Assembly (NCBI GenBank): GCA_037447605.1
Contig: CM074807.1
Coordinates: forward strand, 2,046,001-2,110,000
Length of the DNA stretch: 64,000 bases
Reading direction: 5' to 3'
Source: Zygnema circumcarinatum SAG 698-1b
Taxonomy: Eukaryota > Plantae > Zygnematophyceae
The notes beneath the pieces were generated by a model that did not search any database, had not been told where the DNA came from, and was given only the letters and a program-made list of their open reading frames with translations. Position numbers and translations under genes: made by a program. This document shows positions 12,648-26,303 of this stretch, piece after piece; positions within the stretch are counted from its first letter, which is position 1; every line of letters begins with the position of its first letter.

Positions 12648-15600
12648 ATGGCGCCGAGGCCATGGCCGCGCTCCAGACGGAGCCTCTCTGCATTGGCGCT
12701 GCTGCTGGGCATGGCGGCCGGCTCCATATTCTCTTCGCGCGTGTACGTGCGTTTGCCTGAAAATGATGCAGCCTCCGAGCTTGTGGTGCTGCCCAGCTCC
12801 CGCCCTGTTGAGGAGGAGTTCAAGGAGGAGCTCCCGGAGGATTCTGCATTGACAGAGGTTGTGAATATGGAGGAGTTGAAAGCGGCGCTGATGAAGCTGG
12901 GAGGAGAAAGAGGGCAGCCAATCCTGGCGACGTTTGCCAACTTCTCGTTTTGGGAGATGCTTAAAAACTGGGTTGGCCATGTGCGGAGAGTAGGGATGGG
13001 AGACCGCATGCTGGTCGCCGCGCTGGACGTCGCCACATTGAAGGTCAGATTTTGAGGCACAGTTTGCCGGCGTTAAGGAGTTTTGCGGTGATTTTTGGAA
13101 GTGCGTCTGCTTTTATCGGCGCTTTGATTAATTTTGGAAGCACGGAATGGTCTGATCATCCACTGAATGGATGCAGATGTGCAGGAGGGAGCATATTGCA
13201 ACCGTGCGTCTGCGCACAGGACTCGGCCTTCAGAACTTCAGAGGGAACGAGAAGTTCCGGGACATGGGCATTTTCAAATTGAAATTCCTTCTCGCGGTTT
13301 TGCAGCTTGGGTATGATGTGCTTCTCAGCGATACCGATACCGTATGGTTGGCGAACCCTTTCCAGTTTCTGGACCCCGTTTGGGGGCCCATGGCCGGAGC
13401 TGATGTACTTGTCACATCGGATTCCCTCTCAATAATCAACGACGTTGCAAGGTGCACTGCTGGAGGGCCTCTACTCTTGGCTGTCTCCTATCTGCATTTC
13501 TGTTTTATTCATGTTTTGTTCCCTAGTTGGCTAGGCACAGTATACCACGACGAAAAGATGGGTCACCACAGGAGTGTGTCTTTGTCTTTGAATGTTCCGG
13601 TATTGATGGTTGAACGCTGCTTGCATTTTCTCTCACTTCGCGCTTTTGCATATTTGACAAAAATGCATTTAATCACGAGCACAATACAGTACCACTGCGC
13701 TTCATGGAACAGCAAGAAGGCTATGAATTCTGTAGTCCAAAAGATCAAATGTCCAGTAGTCAATACCAACTGGACTTAGCGCATTTGACAGTGGCGAAAC
13801 AATTTTTTTTTTTGTGCTTTTCTATAGTTCATGCTGCAATATGGTTGAATACTTAAACAGTCACAAGTTATAGATCATGGTCGAGTGTCGCCATTGCCTC
13901 AAGACACAAGAACAGAAAGTTATGCATTTGACAGTGGCGAAACAATTTTTTTTTTGTGCTTTTCTATAGTTCATGCTGCAATATGGTTGAATACTTAAAC
14001 AGTCACAAGTTATAGATCATGGTCGAGTGTCGCCATTGCCTCAAGACACAAGAACAGAAAGTTATGCATTTGACAGTGGCGAAACAATTTTTTTTTTTTT
14101 GCTTTTCTATAGTTCATGCTGCAATATGGTTGAATACTTAAACAGTCACAAGTTATAGATCATGGTCGAGTGTCGCCATTGCCTCAAGACACAAGAACAG
14201 AAAGGGCCTAACTTCATTCAAGCCAATTAAGTGTTCAGCACCCCAAGCACCATGTTGTCAAGCTCTGAGAAAGTAGATTGTTTATATTCAATATACTCCA
14301 TCAAGTTGGACAATTCGAATCAGCACAAGGTGGTCACAAGTTGCGATTGTCCTGTTGTTTACTTCACCAGCTGCCATTCATTTGTGTAGCAATGCATGAT
14401 GATTGCACGCTGGAGTTTCTTGTGAGGTCTGTATTTGTGCCAAGAGGTACGGAGTCCATGCAGTGGAGCAATGATGAAGTGACTCAACTGATCTGATCAG
14501 CAAGTGCAACGGCAGGGCAGCATGCAGGCAGAGGATCCGGAGGGGGATTTAGAAAACAAATGGTTTAGAGATGCCACACCAAAAGGAAGAGAGGATTTTG
14601 GCAATGCTTACCAGAGCAGCTTCAACACAGGCGTGCTTCTCTACCGAGCAACGAATGCATCTTTGCAACTTGTGGAGACATGGCTAGAGGCGCTCCAGTG
14701 AGTCGCTTATCAAATTAAAAGTCTCTATCACGTGCGAGTACGAGTGATTATAGTTTGTTAACTTGTTTTATAATCTCGCATTTCATATTCTGAGAAGTTG
14801 CTCCCTTTTTTTTTTTTTGCTGCTCTTGCTGTGGTTGACTTCCGTGCCCCACTTTCCACTTTCCATAGGTGTATCTATTGGGAACTTCAGGGGTTATCAA
14901 GTGTTTTCTGCGCATTTGTCCCCCATGGCCTTCAGTTAACCGTTTCTTCTCACGATTTTTCATGCCTTTGCTTCATGAATGGATTGAATCATAAAAGCTG
15001 TATGGTCTTAGATCCTCTTTAGCGGACCAAGTGATGCCAAGAAACTGGCCCTTGTGGGCATAATGTGATTTGTTTAAAAAAGCACAGTGGGAGAAAGATC
15101 ATCCTCTGAACCCACTGAGGGCTAATCGTGCACCATAGTTGTCACTCTTATAGTTCTTATCCCAAAATCCGAGACTAAACCTAGTTGTGCATGCCTCAGC
15201 TGACCCGTAGGTGAAGATTTTCTTGCCTCCTTTGACTGTGTGTCCTGGTGGGTGGTCCTGCAGGACCATGGGAGCAAGTCAGAACTGGACCGGTCGTCTA
15301 TTCGACGACCAGGACGCGTTTAACCGCCTCATGTTCGAGGGGCTGTTTCCGCTCAAGGTGTGTCACATTCCTTGGGTGTGCTCTACTCACTTTCTCGAAG
15401 CAGCAACCACTTTCCTGTGATAACTTCTTTATGGTGCGTGCAGGACCCATTATGCATTAGTTGCGAAGAGAGTGCTTTTAGAGTGTCTGAGCAGAAGAAT
15501 GAGCCATGGTGGTGGTGCATCCAGATGGCGAGACTGGCGAATGGAGAGCGTCTGCACAACCGAGTGTTGTGGGCTCGCCAGGAGACAATACGCATGGGGA

Positions 15601-17329
15601 TTCTGCCGCCCGGGCAGTTCTGCAACGGCCACGTGTACTTTGTGCAGCGCACGCCGCAGAAGCTCGGCTTGCAGGTGTTCGCTGTCCATAACACCTTCCA
15701 GTTCTATGGATTTGCAGGGAAGATTGCACGCTTCAGAGAGGCACATCTTTGGTTGTTGGACCCACCCAGGTGTGCGCCATGCCGTCTCCTTGTAGGTTTG
15801 AATAGCAACAAGGAGCATCATAATTATTAACACTATGGATCATGTCTACCGTTGAATGCATTACACTGTTTTTTTCACATTTAGTGTCTTACCAAACAAG
15901 GGTACTTTCCATTTTGAAATTCCTTTTCCGATGGTGTTTGGGATCCTCAGAGAGCTGCAGCAGGCAAATGATGCAACACGGGTTATTGACAAGGTTTTGG
16001 GTGTTGGGCGTCTTTCAACAGCTACTACACAGAGGGAAACTTCCTCTCCTGTTCTGTTGATCTGCCTGAATCTATCCTTGGCATCCCCGATGAGATTGAG
16101 CGACACTTCGCTGCAAATCTGTTTTACTATGTGAGTTCTTTTCTGCGTTTTCTCCAGAGGCACAAGCCTGGCCGCTCTTCCATTACAGCATCTCCTGTTA
16201 GCTTGCTGGATCAATTAAACTGACGACAGAGGAGATGGCAAAGAGTGTAGAACAAGGAGAAGTTATGATATAGCGGTAAGTCCGCTTACACTCTCCTTAG
16301 GAATGGGGTTTTGCAGGAGTCACTTCGGAATGCCGTTGCTATCGCACAAATACTCGATCGTGTTGTCATTCTGCCAAACTTCGTCTGCATATGCGACAGG
16401 CATGATACTTGAAAACTCCCTCCTTGTGCTGTTTTCATGCTGGAGAAGACAGCTAGAGCCCTGGAGGCCTACATAGTGTTTTGAGCTTCAACTGTTGTTA
16501 GTTGCAGGTACTGGGAGCCAACCTTAAAGCCATGTCGATTTCCAGGGAGTGATGTGGATCCTCCAATTCAGAAGTGCCCTCCAGATCAACTCTTCGCTCT
16601 AGACAAGTGGATTGACTTTTCCTATAGGGAAGCCTCTTTCCTGGAGCATCGCAGTGTGCCTGACGATATTCGAAACTCCAGGTAAGCAGATCTCCTGCGC
16701 CTGCATTTCTTTTCTGAAAGAATTGAAAATTTCAACAGAGATTCAATTTTCTACGTATTCTGGAGATGTGTGCTGGCAAGGTGGCCTTGGAGCTTCTTCA
16801 GATGGTTACTTACAGGGTTCTAGGAACTCTAGCTGGTCGATAGGCCGATGCCGAGAAATGACAACGCCATGAAATGTGCAGGGTGGAGGTGCAGGTGGTT
16901 GCAAGGGCAGTGGACAACAGCACCTATCCAGCCAGGTTCTTGCCAGAGAATGCAAACGATGAGGAAGTGCAGGCGCTCCTGGGGCCCCTCTCCAACGTGC
17001 GGGTCCTTCACCTCACATCTGTGGCCACAGCATTCTGCAGGTAAGTGCCTTTTTTTCATCTGCCGTCTTGTAGACTTTGTGCAGTGAAATTGGCGGACTT
17101 CCTTCATGCGGGTAGGAGCATGGTGTGTTAATTTGATCAGACGGGATGGGGGCCTTATGGGGGCGATAGTTTTGAGAATGAAGACGACAGTATCCAATTC
17201 GATGCAGCGACTAAGGCCATGTTTGAACCCGCCTGGTGGTGCTGCCCGCCGGGTGCAACCAAGGAGCCTCGTCAACTAAAAGGGCTCGTGGAGATCACTG
17301 AACGGGCGTGTGAGCCGCAGGCTGCGTAG
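12648..17329 (+). CDS. XEG113: GT77 nucleotide-diphospho-sugar transferase, XEG113-like extensin arabinosyltransferase (type II membrane protein)
   Basis: Exons 12648-13043, 13177-13451, 14521-14697, 15264-15357, 15525-15769, 16022-16130, 16317-16399 (GC donor), 16508-16681, 16882-17040, 17170-17329. It has an N-terminal TM anchor, the DxD motif LLSDTDTVW, and FNTGV, DDQDAFNRL, FCNGHVYFVQ, HNTFQF, DPPSYY, LPNFVCICDRYW and WWCC, as in XEG113. The family call is firm; orthology is less so. Confidence 0.82.
13781..14204. repeat. Tandem repeat, 3 x ~142-143 bp, in intron 2 of the XEG113-like gene
   Basis: Units start GCATTTGACAGTGGCGAAAC at 13781, 13924 and 14066. They are essentially identical apart from the poly-T tract. 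Confidence 0.95.
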
Positions 17330-18386
17330 CCAAGGGCAGGCGCTGCATGTTGGCGCAGTTTCACACTTCTTTTGAATTGTCAACCTCTGCCCGGAACAGC
17401 ATCTTAACTCCCTTTGCTCACCTCCATATGACATCGTTCATTATATCCCTTTACATGTTCGAAATGTTACAATTAAGGACCGCTCATTACGAGCCATTGT
17501 GCGTGGAATTGGACATGACTTTGACGGCCTTTTTGCAATGGCCGACTTGTAGTCCATCCATTTGTATTGTTAGCAAAAGGCTGCAGAATAATCGTAGAAA
17601 CTGTAGAAGTACCGTTTTGCCGCGTTACCCCTCTTTAGATGAAGCCCTCGCACCTAGTGGTGCACTTTTTGGAAAGTCCCTTTTTGCTCTCGAAACTAAT
17701 GTAGGGATACATGACCACGTGTAGTGGGTGACCTTTAGATCAATGTGAAGCATCATGCTTCACTCAATAGCTCTGTCCGACAGAGCACCAATGTATCTGT
17801 ACGGGCCATAGCAACGTGTGAAAAAATGTTGGAGCATCCATCATTGTTTGCAGCGTGCTATTGCACGATGATCGTACCTCCCTTCATGCACACAATCAGG
17901 CAACCAACGGCTTCCCTCTTTGAATGTTCAATGCTGCTATGTAATTCATTAAAAAAAAAAATTGACAAGTTTTAAACTCTTGATACATGGGAAAGAACAC
18001 CAAATACGCGTGCTGACTGTATGGTTATGTCGCTCTAGTAGAAGTACACTATCGTTTTCGGCAAATGTATTAACATCAACATCTCCATCGTGCTTCATCG
18101 ACATCGCATCTCTCTCAATCCTTCAGTAACCAAAACTTTGCATTCGGCACATTTTCCAATTGAATGACAGGCCCTCGTAAAAGTTACATGCTCATCTCCT
18201 TTGGTACTAAGAATTTCCTCCAACTAGTCCGCCGACCAGGCCAGGCGAAGGAGAATTTTCCGTGAAATTCTCACAGCCACTTGATGAACCCAGCAGGGTT
18301 CAAGCCCGGCATAATGCCAACCACACGCCTTTCCACAAGGTCAGCAGAAATAGCAGCCAAAGGGGGATGGCGCACTGTTTGGAAGA

Positions 18387-21300
18387 TCAGAATCCATCCG
18401 TAGACAAAAGATGAACGAGGGCCTCCACGACCGGCAGACTCCAAACTTCCAAAGTCGAGTCGCTGATCTTCCGCGCAAAAGCATCATCCACCCGCGCCCT
18501 CAGCTCCTTTACCAGAACTGCAATCCGCGCGGGCGCCTGAAACTCCATCCATTTGTCGACTCGGATGACTTGCTTCACATGCTCAACCTGTATGTCACCT
18601 CCGAACAGCAGAAGGGCATATGCAGGCACCATGGTGCATTCTCTGACGTACACTTTCGACGTCTGAACTTTCTCTCCATAAACCAGCCACCCACTTTCGT
18701 ACTTCCCCACGATAAAATTGATGCTGGACGGGTGGAGGAACACTCTGCCGTCATCCTTGGTGAAGAATTTCAGTTCCCGCGCCGCTGCATCCTTTGCCAC
18801 AGTTCCCGCATGCTGCTGAGCGTATATCGTTTCTGGATGCTGCACACGCACCACCTGCGGGTACAGCCCTGCACACAGAGCCGCCTTCACAATCCGAATG
18901 CTCCGAGAATTTACATCGTAATCCGAGGCTGAAGCAGGCCCTTCACCCTGCCTCTGCCTTTGCTTCATGTTCCTGTGATATTCTCCCGAGACAAACCCGA
19001 GGTCCACAAGGACCCCAACGTAGTCGATCCGGCTTGCATCCATGGCCACCAACGCTTCTCGAGAAAGGAACATTCTTTCACAGTACGTTCGTTCTGCATA
19101 CGTTCCTTCTGCACAAGCCTCTCGCCAACCGTTGTAGGCGCTCACAATGGCGAGATGATCGCTCTTGGAGGCTCCCCCCAGCTGCCGCTTCGCGTCGTTT
19201 GCTTCATTGTGACGGTCCATGGGTGATATGAAGGGCGACCGGTTGCTCATTGCTGCTGCAATAGTGACAATCGGCTCAAGACAGCGGAGTAGGCATGCGA
19301 AAATAAGCATCTTGCCTATGCGCGGATTCACAGGCATTTTTGCAAGATGCTGGCCCAAGGGGGTGAGGTCCTTGCTATCTGTCAATGCCTGCAGATCAAG
19401 CAGAACTTTGAGAGCTGCAGAAACGGCAGCAACCGGCGGCGGGCTCAGGGCCATCGCAAGGGTACCCTCCACCGGGGCAGGGATTAGAGATAAGACCTGC
19501 AGAACAAACGTGCATACGGACTTTGGCATTGGTGAACACTGAACTTTACGGCAAGAAAATCTCGTTCAACTGCTTCAAGTTCCCTTCATCTCTTCTATGA
19601 ACCACTTTCTGCCACTTGCATTTTCACTTCCTGCCATTTTTGGCCTGACTTCTTCATTTCTAAATAAAAATCCCCAGTGGAGCTTTAACAGTGTCTTTGC
19701 AAGAGCAGGACATATCCATGGTAAGCAGTTAAGCCAAGAAGTGCTCAAGAATTAAAGATAAGCGAAGCTTCTGCCAACCACTCCTTCAGCACGAATGCTC
19801 ATAAAACCAGCAGACCCATAACAGCAGAATTCTTCAACAACCACACAGCTCCCAAGCGTCCCCAAAAAACCTTTAGAGTTTCGATGTTTTTTCAGAACCG
19901 AGCATTATAAAGCTGTGAAGAGAAACTCTACCTGCAAACACAAGCTTTCCAGTGGCACTCTCAGAATCTCCGGCTCTTGCTGAGGAGACATTTGAGCGAA
20001 GGTCCGTCGGCTGAATAGGCGCACACAGCAGCCCGCCTGCACCCGCCCTGCTCTCCCCCGCCGCTGTCCAGCACTCGCCCGCGAGACCCACGTGTCCACA
20101 AGGCAGGACATGCCACGGCTGTGCTCGTACCGCATCTCCTTCACGCGTCCACTGTCGACAACATAGCTGCACAACAGAGGCCACAACGCTCGGATTCAGA
20201 CCCTGGATAGGTTGAGGTGGGTTTTATTAAAGTGAGCTACATCGAAGCAAAAGGAAGGGAGAAAGATTGCATCACATTTGAAAGAGGGGTCCTGGATAAA
20301 CCAGGAAAGAGTTCATCCCTGTCCTCAACGTTGAGTTGGCCTATTGGTCAGTATGTCCCATTGAACGGAAACGAATGCAAACAGCTCTTAATACTCAGCG
20401 GGATAGTGAAGCCAAGGTCAGCAGGGGTCGAGCCTTACACAACATCGTCAATGGTGATGCTTGTTTCTGCAATATTTGTTGCCAATACCACTTTCCGTAC
20501 ACCGGGTGGGGGCTTTGAAAAAACGCGTCTCTGCTCATCCCCTGCCAGTGATCCGTGAAGAGGCAATATCCACAACCCTCCATTGCCACTCAGTTCCGTG
20601 ATTCTCCGACTACCACCCAGGACACTTTGAAGCCGCCTAATCTCCGCCACTCCTGGAAGGAACACAAGTATGGCTCCACTCTTGTCTAAAAACAAATCAC
20701 TCGAAGCTGTTTGGCCCTTTCCCTGTTCGCCTGTAAGATACCCATACTTGGAATCAGGTTGTCTAGAGTCCAGCAAAATCTGATAAATAACTGCTTCCAT
20801 CAGTTCGTAGTTGAGAAACTCTTCGTTTACGATCGCCAACGACTGCAAAGTTGTATCAGAAAACGGAATTCCTTCTGAGCTTGCACCATCCACAGTCTTT
20901 GCTGACGTGGCAGCCTGCACCTCCCAGGAGTCCGGAACAGAGCCACCCTCTGACACAGAGTTGGACTCAGCCTGTAGCGTGCTGCCAGCTGGCAGCCCCT
21001 TCCCCTTTTTTAGGGAAAATTTTGAATTTCTGCCCACCCGGTAGCCTGTGAGTTCGAACACATCTCCCAGGTACAGCTCACGAACAGGATGAGTGAATCC
21101 CGGGATGTTGGAAACGCGGGGGGGGGGTTGGCCCTCTTCAGCAAAGTAATTGACGAAGAGAGCGGCATCAGCAGTGGCGGACATGAGGATGATGCGGAGT
21201 TGACCAAATCCTGATCTGGAGTAACACAAGCAGTTGAGAGAGTGACCCATCTGGAGTCAGAAAAAGGGGGGAAAGTAGACAGCAGGCTGGCTGATTACAG

Positions 21301-24300
21301 GGCTATTCGTGATTCTGCTTTTCCTTCAACCTGCAGTTTTTGAAAAGCCGTGAAAATGACGATATAGTTTTCAGGGTGGGACAGCAGTTCAACTTTATGA
21401 ACACGGCTAGATAAGCAAGAGAGGAGAGGTAAAGAGAAACATGGGGAAGAATGGGAGGTGAAAGAGAAAGCGAGGGACAGGGAGAAAGAGAAGAGGGGAG
21501 AAACCAAAAGCGAAAGAAAACTAAAATTAAAAATATGACTTTGCAGTCTGTTTTTCTTGCTGGAACCTCCTCTCTTCCCTTCTCTTCTTCTTCTCTTCTT
21601 CTTCTTCTTCTCGTCTTCTTCTTCTCTTAGACCATGAAATGTTCAGATAGGACAGGTTGAACCCTGCTCACCTGGACCTGCCCCTCTTCCGTACAAGCCC
21701 TCTCAGCAGCAGCAGCAGCAAATCGCTCTCCAGACTTCGCTCGTGCACTTCGTCCACCACCACGTGGCTGACGTCAGCGAGGTCCGGGTCTGCCTGCATG
21801 CGGCGCAGCAGGATGCCGGTCGTGCAGAAGAGGAGGCGAGTGCGCACCGACCGCCGACTCTCCAGCCGGATGGCGTACCCGACCTGCAGGGGAGAGGTGG
21901 GAGGGAGAACAGGAGTGGAAAAGCGCTCTCTCTCTTACATGATAGGAGGGTCTCTATGCAATAACGGGCAGAAGAAAGGTCCTGGAAAGGGTTTGAGCTA
22001 AAGGTTCAAGGTATCAATGTTGAGGTTGTCTTTACCGAAGGTTTTGCCATCGTGAAATAGTTAGGAAAGCGGTGCAGAAAATTGAAGCACTCACCGTCTC
22101 GCCAATGGCCTCGCCCCTCTCTTGTGACACACGATCAGCTAATCCAACGGCTGATATTCGACGAGGCTGTGTGCAAATGATGTTGCAGGACCCACCAATG
22201 TTGTTCTCGATTGCATCCTCCAACACATATTGCGGCACCTGCAAGGCCCATACATGCCGCCAGCCTCCTCAAACACGTCTTCAACTCCATACCTTCTAGT
22301 TTGGTGAACAGGCAGAAGCACGTGGAGCACATTTACAAGAAGACAACCATGAAGGAGTTTACCAATTCATCACAGGTATTTGGCACTGTAAATTATATCA
22401 TCCTCCAACCGCATCCACTTGGAGCATTTTTTTTATTCCAGACGAGTAGCCACCTGTTAACGCCATGCAACATACTTCTCTCACCTGTGTGCTCTTCCCA
22501 CAACCAGTTTGGCCGGACACAACAGTAACAGCACTGCTCTTTATGGCCTGCAACAATGTTGAGCGCTCTTTGAAGGCTGGAAGCCGAGACCGTCCTGCTC
22601 GCATGGATGCAAACCTCTCACCCTTCTGCCACTGCTTCCAACCTTCGAGGAGTCTGAGAGATTCAGACCTTGCCGCTCGAAGGGCCTCCTCTTGCATCCT
22701 CTGCTTCGCAGCAATTGATGCATCGGACAGCTCGGGAAGGTGGACCGGCTCAGCAGCAGCGTGATTTCCCATTCTACTGTTCTGCATAGTGCGAACTTCA
22801 GCCCCAGTTTTCTGCTGCCTGGGCTTGTTGTTGACTGTTTCCACTGCCAAAGCATGGGGCCCTCTCCTAGTCTGTCTACTCGTTCCTGCACGAAGATTCA
22901 TATCCTGGTTATGGAACTTGTTGACAGCCCGGCTGTCCCAGAATGTTGGAGCATTCTCTGCTAAAAAACAGATAAGCTCATAGATCATGCATTGGCCCAG
23001 CAGCTGCCAGGCATGTCCTACTGTCGACTCCGTCAGAGACCGCATAAAGTGTGGCGTGAAATCACTCCCTTTAAGGCGAAGTACAGGGAGCTCGAGAGGA
23101 TAGCGGCTCTGCGGAGGAATATGCACCTGCATTTGCCAGACGTGCAAGAGAATGAGAGTTCAAGAGATGGAAAAAATGACCAGTAACAGGTAAATGGTGA
23201 ATGGTGTGCATGACATGGCAGCTGTAAGGATGGGTTTCCACCCTTGTTTAGCACATCCACCTATAGTTAAGCATGTCCGATATCAACATACAGAACTTTA
23301 CATTTAACGACTAGAGGCTCAGCATCTCATCATTCCTTTTGGAGGTTTCTTGTTCAGTTCCTTCTCCCTCCACTATAAACAAGTGTCGCTTGAGAGCTTA
23401 ATTGTACTCTTAAGCAGGACTACAGAGACCTAGAAGCAAGAAATATTCGGCTCAGGGGCTACACTGGGCAATAAAACGAAAGTACCTCCAAAAGCAGCTG
23501 TTTTGGCAAGTTTGGCACCATCGGCAGGTGTATTGCCATGTAAGACTCTGTCATTGTCACCACATTCTCTCCATAAATGGCCTCTAATGCCAACCGCTCG
23601 TCTTCTCGCATTTGTGCCAACTCCTCATAATCTTTATCTGTGTTGAAGTAGACCTCATTCCTAGCATCCGTTGGTTTTTCTTGAACCCCTGCCAAATCGC
23701 GGAATAGCAAGCAAAGGGCACCAATCTCATCCCCATCTGACGCAAAAAGGGCCGACTGCACATCACTTGCAAGATATCCGCTCTGACAAAGTTGCAGAGC
23801 AGTCCGTTTTATTCGCTCCCCACTTAGACCTTCCCCTTGCCGCTGTGCCCCCCTATGGACCACTTTAACAGATGCTATGGAGGCATCAGGAGCAAATGCC
23901 TCAGGCAGATCAACCTCTGCCACGTGTAGCATGAGCCAATCAAGAGCAGCCGGCACAGTCGCTACTTCTTTTAATGCTCTGTCTATGTCTTTTTTCTGAA
24001 AGCCCATGCTTGTCAGCTCCGACCTCAGATTCTCGGTCTCGCGAACAGCCACTTGTCGTCCACCCCTGCTTGCTTCTCTCGAGGATTCATGGCCTCCATG
24101 TGGCACAAACTGCGGTCTTGTCAGTTCGGGCTCGAGTGCGTTTTCCACCTCCGAATTCGTTTCTTTTGCAGTATCTTCGTTGCAATCCTTGGACCCATCG
24201 CATTCCACACCTGCTTGGCGAGTTGCAGACTCGGGAGTTTCCCCGACTACATCCTCCCTAACTGAGAGAACATCCGAACTGGGCGCCGGGCATGTTTCGC

Positions 24301-25924
24301 TTTCATTCCTGCCCCAATCGACCAGCTCATCTTGTTTACCAGTCCCACTTTCTTCATCGTGTTCACTACTCTCAGAGTCCCAATCCGCCTCTACGGCTTC
24401 ACCAGCAAGCGCAGAGGTCCCACTGCTCTCTCCAAAAATGAGCCCTTCAACGAGACGCCGACTGTGCTCACTCATAAACACAGGTTGCAGCTCTTTCGGC
24501 GGTGCAGGCCGCCTTTTAGGCTGCTGCTGTCGGCGCTTTTCTCGTTCCTTGCGCTCTTCTACGACCTTGTCAAGGTCCTTCCATTGCTGCTGATATTGCT
24601 CCTGTAATACTCGATCCATCCTGCCAGTACTCCCCAAAACCAACGAGTCTTGCCTTCAAAACTTACAGATGACGGATCCACGGCGGCTTTTTGAATTCTA
24701 TAAGAAAATACAGCGACTGCTTTAAATCTTGACTCACGTTTCCCTGCCTTCTTTCTCAATTTTACTATAGCTGAAGCTCAGCAAAACCTGCGTCTCAGGG
24801 CTTTTGCTTTTTGTAAAAAGGGGCATGACTGCATGGCACATCTGCCACGGTACCAATAAAACAGAAAACACTAAAAAACGAGCTCCTCATCTACTCATAA
24901 GCTCACCTTCTGTCTCCCATAACCCAATGCAGACCCATCACCGCCACGAAGTTTTGTGCGTCTTGCTCTGTGGGGCAAACTGTTTCTCGATACCAAAAAA
25001 TGGAGTCCCGCTCGGAATCACGAGCATCAGGCAGCACAAGTCTGCAGTGAAAACCCCCTTCGACCTCCATCTGCAAAGTAATACAATGAATTGAAGACTG
25101 AAACGACGCTCAAGAAAATTCGCAGCATTTACAGACGAAAACGACAAGCTTTACTTAAACTGATTCAGCTCGCCTCCTTGGCTATTCAAGCGATAAATCA
25201 CAAAGAAATAAATTAAAGCGCACACGTAATTTCACAAGTCTGTGACGAGCACTCACATGCTTGAACTTAGGCATGGGTCGCTTATTCTTCTGGCACCATT
25301 CATTGAGTAACATTTTTGGAGTCTTGACAGAATAGGCTGCCTTCTGTTCTGGTTTTTTCTCCTCTGACCGATTGGCATCAGCATCAGGGATTTTGTCGTC
25401 GACAGCTGCACCTTCACTTGCTGCAGAAGGATCCTGGCCAGGATGCTTGGACTTAAGGTGCTCCTTGAAGCGTCCATCTTGCTTAAATATGCGGTCGCAG
25501 AAGGGGCAATTTATGGGCTGCAGAGCAGTGAATGTGGCTCGCGATTCAGTTTTGCCAAAAGCACAAGCAGTCCTCTCCTAGACCATCCGGAACAGGATCG
25601 ACTGCGAAGATAACTCTTTTGAGTGACTTCATTTCAGCTGCATCTTGAATTTGAAGCTTTTCGTCTTGAAATTACCCTTGCTGCTACCGAGAGCCAAGCT
25701 TCAAGTTTCACAGCATGTATGTGAGTTCAATGCCGGTAGTTTCAGCCACGGGCTCCAAAAGGCGCTCCTTTAAAATGCAGGAGCAATGCTAGCAAGGGAA
25801 TACGGAGGGCAGCTGTCCTCACTTGACCCGCGTTCTTAGCATTGGTTGGCTCAGCCTTTCCTCCGCACCCTGCCAATCCCGAGCTGTAGATGTGCCGCTT
25901 TGCTTTTGCTTGAGCCTTCTTCAT
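18387..25924 (-). CDS. DEAH/RHA RNA helicase, DHX57/YLR419W-like, with N-terminal C2H2 finger, dsRBD-like, UBA and RWD domains
   Basis: Exons (minus strand) 25924-25823, 25517-25257, 25070-24907, 24620-23486, 23126-22485, 22238-22095, 21883-21672, 21215-20439, 20166-19932, 19496-18387. Motifs GQTGCGKSTQ, TQPRRISA, DEVHER, MSAT, ATNIAETSITIDDV, QRRGRAGR, HA2 (PVNPRIGKML) and OB-NTP. Also UBA (SMGFQKKDI..ALDWL), RWD (EDERLALEAIY..YPLELP) and KTPKMLLNEWCQK. Confidence 0.9.
21568..21628. repeat. Imperfect (CTT)n microsatellite in a helicase intron
   Basis: CTTCTTCTTCTCTTCTTCTTCTTCTTC run within a long pyrimidine tract on the plus strand. Confidence 0.8.
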
Positions 25925-26303
25925 CCTGCCACAGGAGTGGCAGGGCAGCCGCAAAGCTGTGGACAGAACCAGCCCTGCCGAGAAGGCAGGAGGAGGAGCG
26001 CTAGTTCGGAGGTTCGTTTTTACCCCCCGCAAACCACCTCACTTTTCTTTCAAGAGCGCGCCTCGTTCCGCCTCGTTCCGCCTCCGCAGCGCAGGGGATG
26101 CTCTCCTCAGGCTTCACCCCCAACAATGCGACAACCTCTCCTGTGCGATGCTGAGTGCCCTTTCGCCTCAGGGCCGGCCCTTCATCTCGGCAGCCATTGC
26201 TGAGGAGAGCGGGCATGAATGGTTGTGAGGTTACAGACACACGTTGCTAAGCTTCTGTGTTTGACTGGCACAACGCTGAGCCGTACTTTGTAGAGAGAGT
26301 ATT
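25925..26303. promoter_or_regulatory. Putative bidirectional promoter helicase / SRP19
   Basis: Divergent start codons only 379 bp apart. Confidence 0.7.

Noticed and set aside
13781-14204. CRISPR-like array
   Set aside because: The units are wholly identical with no unique spacers, the context is a eukaryotic intron, and there are no cas genes.
15856-16000. ORF segment GTFHFEIPFP as a glycosyltransferase exon
   Set aside because: Exon 16022-16130 (SYYTEGNFLS...IERHFAANLFYY) fits phase and homology better, so this segment is intronic.
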